Part shown: in pieces, positions 58,396-64,000 of the stretch | Numbering within the stretch: the first letter of the stretch is position 1 | Layout: every line of letters begins with the position of its first letter | NCBI GenBank assembly: GCA_046497275.1 | Contig: JAWOFX010000078.1 | Span: forward strand, 3,024-67,023 | Length of the DNA stretch: 64,000 nt | Direction: 5' to 3' | DNA from: Promethearchaeia archaeon | GTDB taxonomy: Archaea > Asgardarchaeota > Lokiarchaeia > Sigyniarchaeales > SOKP01 | The notes under the pieces: model-generated | Seen by the model: only the letters and a program-made list of their open reading frames with translations | Told to the model about the DNA's origin: nothing | Database searches by the model: none | Made by a program: the position numbers and the translations under genes

Positions 58396-58933
58396 AATAA
58401 ACGAATTATCAATTTTAATGAATTTATTAAGCAAAAAAGTAAATAAATACCAAATTGGAGCTACTAAAACTCAAATTTTGAGTTTTCTTAATTTAGATCC
58501 TAAGAAACACAATCATTATTTTCAAGAACTTATTGTTCAATTATCAAATTATATTAAACTCTTAGGACTTTATATTAGATTTAATCCAATAGATAATCAC
58601 TGGTATATTGGATACGATTTTATAACTTCTAATTTATTATCAGCTAATCCCTTCGAAGATAAACCGAAATTAGCTGCCACATTGTTCTGTGTCTTAGTTT
58701 GTTGTTTAACTAATACAGGAAGCTCAAAAATAAACGAAATCAAGGATTTGAGGAATAAAAAAGGAGTCGTTAAAGATCTTAAAGATTTAGAGGAAATGGG
58801 ATATATAAAGATTAATGAAAAATTGAATGAGGTTAGCCTCACTCCTTTAGTAGGATATCAATTAGATATTCAAAAGTTGTTTACTAAATTAACTTTGAAA
58901 TTAAAAAAAGATAAGGAAGCCGGAAAAGAATAA
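58385..58933 (+). CDS. ScpB/KITE-like tandem winged-helix protein
   Basis: Overlaps the kleisin-like gene by 11 nt. The pattern ...LGLYIRFNPIDNHWYI... and KLAATLFCVLVCCL..SKINEIKDLRNKKGVVKDLKDLEEMGYIK resembles the two ScpB WH repeats. Confidence 0.5.
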   Translation: MVIKINELSILMNLLSKKVNKYQIGATKTQILSFLNLDPKKHNHYFQELIVQLSNYIKLLGLYIRFNPIDNHWYIGYDFITSNLLSANPFEDKPKLAATLFCVLVCCLTNTGSSKINEIKDLRNKKGVVKDLKDLEEMGYIKINEKLNEVSLTPLVGYQLDIQKLFTKLTLKLKKDKEAGKE

Positions 58934-59018
58934 AAAGAGAGATTTGTAAAATTATAAATGATGTGATATAATTGAAAGAATCGAAAAAGAAAAAATTTAA
59001 GGAAATCTTTTATTCATC

Positions 59019-59201
59019 TTGGGAAAGGATGGAAAAAATTTTTTAGTAGTAATAGTTATTGGGTTCATTTTCTTCCTTATCTTTATGGGAAACGATGAGA
59101 TATTAAAGATCATAGGATATGTATGTTTATCCATGATATTAGCAATTATAATCCTTTCTATAATAGGAACAATAATTAGTAAAAGAGAAAAGGAAGAATA
59201 A
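59019..59201 (+). CDS. possible small two-TM membrane protein
   Basis: 60-aa hydrophobic ORF with a TTG start. No other support. Confidence 0.3.
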   Translation: MGKDGKNFLVVIVIGFIFFLIFMGNDEILKIIGYVCLSMILAIIILSIIGTIISKREKEE

Positions 59202-59293
59202 GAATAGCAATCTTTAATGTTTTATATTAAAAAATGAAGAAAGATAAAAAATTGAAATAATGTATTAAGTTTCCTACTATAGAATGAAATCAT

Positions 59294-59932
59294 TTATTTT
59301 ACAGAAATTTTTAACATCATTTCAGCCACGTGGTCATTATAAGTCTGAACATCTTCAAATCCTTCTATTTGCTCTGCGCATGTGATAAAGAATTCTCTCA
59401 CATTGATTTTTCTCTTCCCAAAGAATTCTCTTATTTCATCCTTTAATTCTTCCAGTTTTTCAGTTCTATTAGGATCATCTTTCAATAAATCGAGTTTATT
59501 TATAGCAACATGAATATTATCGGGAAAGAATCTGACATCATTAAAAAAGTTAAATTGCTTTTCTATATCTCTATCAAGTGCAAAAACAGCTATGATTTCA
59601 GTTGCAATTCGACTTATGGTTATTACACCCATTTTTACGACTGCTCTTCCTGTATCCCCCCCTGGAGCAAATATTGTGTGTGCCTTGTTTGTATCTTCTT
59701 CACGAAAGACTACTCTATTGGGGTGAATCGTTTTTGTCTCTTTTTCATTTAATTTATTTTCTTTATTTCCCCCTGGGAGGGTAGCTTCTCCAGAGAAATC
59801 TGTTTTCACCACGATACATTTTTTTCCTCCTTCAACATTTTCAATCTGACCTTTATTAAGATATTTAACAAACATGCGCAATATAGAGGTTTTTCCGACT
59901 GAGACATCCCCTAGTAATCCTATGTTTACCAT
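59294..59932 (-). CDS. small GTPase (MglA/Arf/SR-beta-like) with non-canonical G3
   Basis: G1 GDVSVGKTS, G2 Thr in KTIHPN, G3 FAPGGD (no Asp of DxxG), G4 NKLD, G5 TCAE. I prefer ATG 59932 (MVNIGLLGD...), preceded by GGAGG, over the TTG at 59947 in the track. Confidence 0.8.
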   Translation of the reverse strand: MVNIGLLGDVSVGKTSILRMFVKYLNKGQIENVEGGKKCIVVKTDFSGEATLPGGNKENKLNEKETKTIHPNRVVFREEDTNKAHTIFAPGGDTGRAVVKMGVITISRIATEIIAVFALDRDIEKQFNFFNDVRFFPDNIHVAINKLDLLKDDPNRTEKLEELKDEIREFFGKRKINVREFFITCAEQIEGFEDVQTYNDHVAEMMLKISVK

Positions 59933-59981
59933 CTGCCTTGCCTCCAATGGTTTTTAATTAATAGTTGATTCAATTTTCTCA

Positions 59982-60809
59982 TTATAACTCATCTCCGAGA
60001 AGTTTTCTTAATAATGTTTCATAATCCTCAATAAGAAATTGTTCAAGATACGCATTGTTATGGGCGAGAATAAGACTGATAAGTACTTCCTTCAAGTTCT
60101 TAGCCTTTTTGGAATAATTAATAATATTCTCTGGAGTGACTTCCCTATCGAATTCTCTTGTAGCTTCTTCGAACCCAAAATTCTCTCGAGGAGGTAATGA
60201 ATCGAAAAAACCGAATGCTGTATATCCTTCATATTGAAAGAATACAAAGAACCTTGATTTGATCGATTTGATAATATTTGAGAGATATACTGAGGGATAT
60301 AATTCTCCCAAAATGAGATCATCATCTTGCTGGATTACAAAATAAGGTGAGATGGGAGATACTTGCTTTCCATACATTTCTTTTGGAGGTAAGGAAATAA
60401 AAGGTAGCTTCTCGGATATTATAGCCCATAAATCATCACGCTTCTTTTCTAATAATATATCTTTTACTTCTTGGTATGCATAATAAAAATCAGATTGAAG
60501 CGAAAGAAGAGAACTAAGGTATACGGATAAAGAAGCAAAAGTAGCTTCTAAAAGCGGTCTCCTACCACTATCTTTTGCTGATGGCTTTGCTGCTCCCTTC
60601 CAGGCTCTCAAAGCCGAATATGCAAATCCTTGCACATCAAAGAAGCCTCCAGAAAGAAATATAAAGGAAGGTGACTCACCTTCTTCATCTGTAAGAATTT
60701 CATCTGCCTTTTCTGTTAGAGCATCCTCAAGATTATCAACATTATATTCAGAATGCACTTTTGGCATAATAAGCCATTTATTGTCTTTTTTCGCCAAGAT
60801 GAAACACAA
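59982..60809 (-). CDS. uncharacterised protein co-oriented immediately upstream of the small GTPase
   Basis: 275-aa ORF with no motif I recognise. It ends 49 nt before the GTPase start. The start is TTG 60809 or ATG 60767. Confidence 0.5.
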   Translation of the reverse strand: MCFILAKKDNKWLIMPKVHSEYNVDNLEDALTEKADEILTDEEGESPSFIFLSGGFFDVQGFAYSALRAWKGAAKPSAKDSGRRPLLEATFASLSVYLSSLLSLQSDFYYAYQEVKDILLEKKRDDLWAIISEKLPFISLPPKEMYGKQVSPISPYFVIQQDDDLILGELYPSVYLSNIIKSIKSRFFVFFQYEGYTAFGFFDSLPPRENFGFEEATREFDREVTPENIINYSKKAKNLKEVLISLILAHNNAYLEQFLIEDYETLLRKLLGDEL

Positions 60810-61149
60810 CTTTTCAATGATATTAATTAGTGAAATTTCAAATTAAATAATATTTACTTTTTTTAAAAGCAATTGTATTATTTTCATTAAACAAATACTA
60901 TATAAGAAGTATAATAGTAACTCTACTTAAATTTTTTTATCATTTCTCATAGAATAATTGATTGATATTAGTCAATTTTTTTTAATTCTGAACCATAAAA
61001 GATTTTATAATATTAATCCAAGACTGAAAACCATCTAAAAAAATTATTTTATTTTTCTCTGTAATTTTGTTGATAATACAATATTACAAAATTTTAAATA
61101 TTTAAATTAAATCTAAAATATCTATCCGAATTTATTTAAAAAGTGATAA

Positions 61150-61812
61150 ATGAGAATGAAAAAAAGTAAAATTTTTATTATTTTCATTATAATCGGTCTT
61201 ATCTTAGCATTCGTAATTGGCCCTATATTTGGGACAACTCTTTCAAAAATTACAAATGATAGCGGAACACAAACAATTTCCGAGGAGAGTGATAGCCATT
61301 TTGCAGAGCGTTATGCACAACCATTTAGACTTAAAAAAGACCAAACATGTTATATCAGATTTTCAAATTTTTATCCAAATATTACCGTTGAACTTATAAT
61401 CCTTACTAAAAACAGTTATCATACCTACTATGAATCAAATGGCACCTCACCAGACACAGGATTAACTTTCATTCTATTAGATAATGATTTGGGAGAGGAA
61501 TATTATAATACTCTTTATTACTCATTAACTTCATACAACATACCTCCATCTGGAGGAACTTATGGTAATAATGTAAGAATTGAATTTCGTGGAAACGGGA
61601 TATCATCCTGGCCAGGAGAATATTATATTGTTGTGGAGGGGTTTAATTCTTACGGTGAAAATGACGAAGTCAAATTTGATATAAATGTAGCGGTTGATGG
61701 TCCTGGTGACACTGTACAGAATATAATGATGATAATTGGAATTATAATAGTAGCAATCGTAGCAGTTATATGGGTTTATTCTATTCTTAAACCAAAGGAG
61801 GGTGAAAGATAA
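61150..61812 (+). CDS. secreted/anchored protein (N-terminal signal anchor, C-terminal TM)
   Basis: N-terminal KKSKIFIIFIIIGLILAFVIG, a beta-rich middle section, and C-terminal IMMIIGIIIVAIVAVIWVY. Confidence 0.5.
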   Translation: MRMKKSKIFIIFIIIGLILAFVIGPIFGTTLSKITNDSGTQTISEESDSHFAERYAQPFRLKKDQTCYIRFSNFYPNITVELIILTKNSYHTYYESNGTSPDTGLTFILLDNDLGEEYYNTLYYSLTSYNIPPSGGTYGNNVRIEFRGNGISSWPGEYYIVVEGFNSYGENDEVKFDINVAVDGPGDTVQNIMMIIGIIIVAIVAVIWVYSILKPKEGER

Positions 61813-62274
61813 ATGGCGAGAAATAGGCTATTAAATGAGATGTTAAATTTAGATAAAAGTAAAGCGATGAAATTCATCATTTATGGGTTGATTGTAGCGG
61901 TCATTTTCGGAACAATTATGATGATAAGTAGATCTATAGATTATAATGCTAGTTCATGGTATAATTTAGTAAATGAGCAAAATTTACAGAACTATAACGC
62001 AGGAGTATATGGTTATACAGAATATCTTAAAAGATCAGAGAAAATACAATTAATATACCGTTGGATGGACTTTCAAGATGTTATTTTTATCAATATAGCT
62101 AGATTAGGTGTCAATATTTCTCTTATATTTATAGCGGTTGGATTTCTTAGTTTAGGAGTTAACCCTGGATTAGATGAAAACACAAGAAAAATATGCATAA
62201 TATTGGGCGGTATAATACTAATTGTCCTAATGTTGACAACATTTTTTACCAATATCTCAATAACTGTTTCCTAA
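61813..62274 (+). CDS. integral membrane protein, directly abutting the upstream gene
   Basis: Its ATG immediately follows the upstream TAA. 3 TM helices. Confidence 0.5.
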   Translation: MARNRLLNEMLNLDKSKAMKFIIYGLIVAVIFGTIMMISRSIDYNASSWYNLVNEQNLQNYNAGVYGYTEYLKRSEKIQLIYRWMDFQDVIFINIARLGVNISLIFIAVGFLSLGVNPGLDENTRKICIILGGIILIVLMLTTFFTNISITVS

Positions 62275-62385
62275 TCTATTAATTTTAAAATTTTTTTTTA
62301 TATTTTTAAAAAATTAGATTAATTTAGATATAACAATTTTAAGTAAGTTTTGACTTTTTAAGATATTGGGATTTGATAAAATAAG

Positions 62386-62985
62386 TTAATTTTTTGAAAG
62401 TAATTCTTGAATTTTCTCAGTTATTAAATCATAATTATTAATAGATTTTAAATTATTTACTAAAATCCTTTCAATAATATCAGTTTCCTTATAATATTGA
62501 TATTTAAGCTCCAATTCAGGATTTTGTTCTTTAATTTCTATTAATGCTCCTTTCAGAAAAGTCTTAATAAATTTTTCCGAAGTCTCTTGAATTTGTAATT
62601 CTTCGGGATGTAAAAATTTAATTTCTAACTTATTCATATCTATTAAATTCAAAATAGCAATCAATTGTTCTTCGTCATTTCTTCGGCGGAAAACTTTTCT
62701 CTTGATTTTAGTACCCTTCATTTTTTCTTGAGGAACATCTTCTGAAAAGTAATTTTTCGTGGAAGTCTCAGTTTCTGGGTTTGAAGTTTCTGTTAAAATT
62801 TCATCTGCACTCTGAAAGGATTTATCTGATATAATCGAATTAAGATAATTTAATAATTCTCTCATCTCTTCAATTTCATCCTCTAATTCTTCAAGTTGGT
62901 CTTTTTTCCTATAATAGAGATCTCGAACTGTAGAGAGAATTTTTGCCAATTTTTCCATTTCCCTATTTTTTTCTTTGGGTAGCAT
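62386..62985 (-). CDS. acidic coiled-coil protein, function unknown
   Basis: 199 aa. N-terminal heptad-like KKDQLEELEDEIEEMRELLNYL. No known motif. Confidence 0.5.
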   Translation of the reverse strand: MLPKEKNREMEKLAKILSTVRDLYYRKKDQLEELEDEIEEMRELLNYLNSIISDKSFQSADEILTETSNPETETSTKNYFSEDVPQEKMKGTKIKRKVFRRRNDEEQLIAILNLIDMNKLEIKFLHPEELQIQETSEKFIKTFLKGALIEIKEQNPELELKYQYYKETDIIERILVNNLKSINNYDLITEKIQELLSKN

Positions 62986-63086
62986 TATCTTTGTATATCT
63001 TTTAATTCAAATTAAAATTTATTTACTTAAAAAAATACACTTATTACCAAATAAGTAATTTATCAATATTAACGTGCGATGATTCT

Positions 63087-63956
63087 ATGAAAAACCATAC
63101 AATGATTATAACTCCGAAGCCCGAAGATCCCGAGGTTCAACTCTTAACCCTTGAATTAGAGGAAAGAGGATATAATGTAGATCATTTTATACCAGAAAAA
63201 ATAAGAGCAAATATTTTTAATTTTCATGAGCGATTTTCCGATCTAAATCCAAGAGGTGCATTAGTGAGAGGTTTTGGGGCTGCATCTACTCAAAGGATCT
63301 TTTTTCGCCTGGATTTACTTAGTGCAATGGAAGAATTAGGGATTAGATTGATTAATTCACGTCAATCATTAGAAATTGCCAGCGATAAATTTCTCTCATC
63401 CATATTCTTAAAAAATAATGGTATTAAAACGCCAGAGACAATCATATGCGAGGATCCACAAGATGCATTAAAAGGTTTTGAAGAACTTGGAGGTGATGTT
63501 ATACTCAAACCTTTATATGGATCAAAAGGGATTGGGATCACACGATTAAATGATAAAGCATTTGCCGAAAACGTTATTTATGCTTTGGGAGAACTTAATG
63601 AAGTTTTTTATCTTCAAAAATTTGTTCATCATAACAATAGAGACATCCGCGTGCTTGTATTAGGTGATATAGCAGTAGCCGGAATGTATCGAGTAAGCGA
63701 TAATTGGAAAACTAATATATATGCGGGAGCTAAAATGAAACCAATAGAATTAACAGAAGAACTGAAAGATCTTTCAATCAGAGCTGCCAAAGCCGTAAAA
63801 ACAGAAATTGCAGGAGTAGATATAATTGAAAGTGAAAATGGATATCAAGTGCTTGAAGTCAATTCAATCCCTGGATTTACTGCCCTTCAAAAAGTCACAG
63901 ATATAAATTTAACCGAAAAAATAATTGATTACTTCTTAGAAAATATCTCAAAATAA
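63087..63956 (+). CDS. ATP-grasp ligase, RimK/LysX/MptN family
   Basis: ATP-grasp pattern with VILKPLYGSKGIGI, YLQKFV...RDIRVLVLGD, WKTN, and GVDIIES..GYQVLEVNSIPGF. Confidence 0.8.
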   Translation: MKNHTMIITPKPEDPEVQLLTLELEERGYNVDHFIPEKIRANIFNFHERFSDLNPRGALVRGFGAASTQRIFFRLDLLSAMEELGIRLINSRQSLEIASDKFLSSIFLKNNGIKTPETIICEDPQDALKGFEELGGDVILKPLYGSKGIGITRLNDKAFAENVIYALGELNEVFYLQKFVHHNNRDIRVLVLGDIAVAGMYRVSDNWKTNIYAGAKMKPIELTEELKDLSIRAAKAVKTEIAGVDIIESENGYQVLEVNSIPGFTALQKVTDINLTEKIIDYFLENISK

Positions 63957-64000
63957 ATATAATCAGTTAAAAATGTTTTAAAAAAGGAATAAAAAAAATT

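Noticed and set aside
54276-58842. Short alternative-frame and antisense ORFs within the SMC operon (54276..54587, 54739..54963, 55561..55863, 56476..56718, 58597..58842)
   Set aside because: They are typical shadow ORFs of a Lys/Glu-rich AT-biased coiled-coil gene, and none has independent support.

Overview
This is an AT-rich archaeal chromosomal segment, densely coded on both strands, with about 70 supportable genes. I found no rRNA or tRNA genes, CRISPR array, transposase or integrase. The gene content points to an Asgard (Lokiarchaeia-type) genome. It has a eukaryote-type actin (41067-42206), a small GTPase and a GTPase remnant, and roadblock- or profilin-like modules. These sit beside ordinary archaeal housekeeping and accessory genes: katG, tag, archaemetzincin, Hsp20, an ABC-2 exporter, a histidine kinase, many SAM methyltransferases and many wHTH regulators.

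Four loci deserve most attention:
1. The actin gene is followed by a 66-aa ORF. That ORF is translationally coupled to a 410-aa protein joining a profilin-like N-terminal domain to a TrmB-type wHTH. A TGTCAC-N6-GTGACA palindrome lies upstream of actin.
2. An ArsR/ArsC-flanked island (47324-51982) encodes an HgcB-like ferredoxin with a Cys-rich tail. Next to it is an HgcA-like corrinoid/TM protein with a class I SAM methyltransferase fused to its N terminus and an altered cap-helix motif (NVWCAARGN).
3. A tightly coupled four-gene operon (52988-58933) encodes a degenerate AAA+ protein, a divergent SMC, a kleisin-like protein and an ScpB/KITE-like protein.
4. A small GTPase with a non-canonical G3 motif is paired with an uncharacterised 275-aa partner (59294-60809).

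katG is a visibly G+C-richer single-gene island lying beside a 5'-truncated Ras-like GTPase remnant.

All family calls rest on motifs I read in the translations and on my memory of those families. No database search was run.
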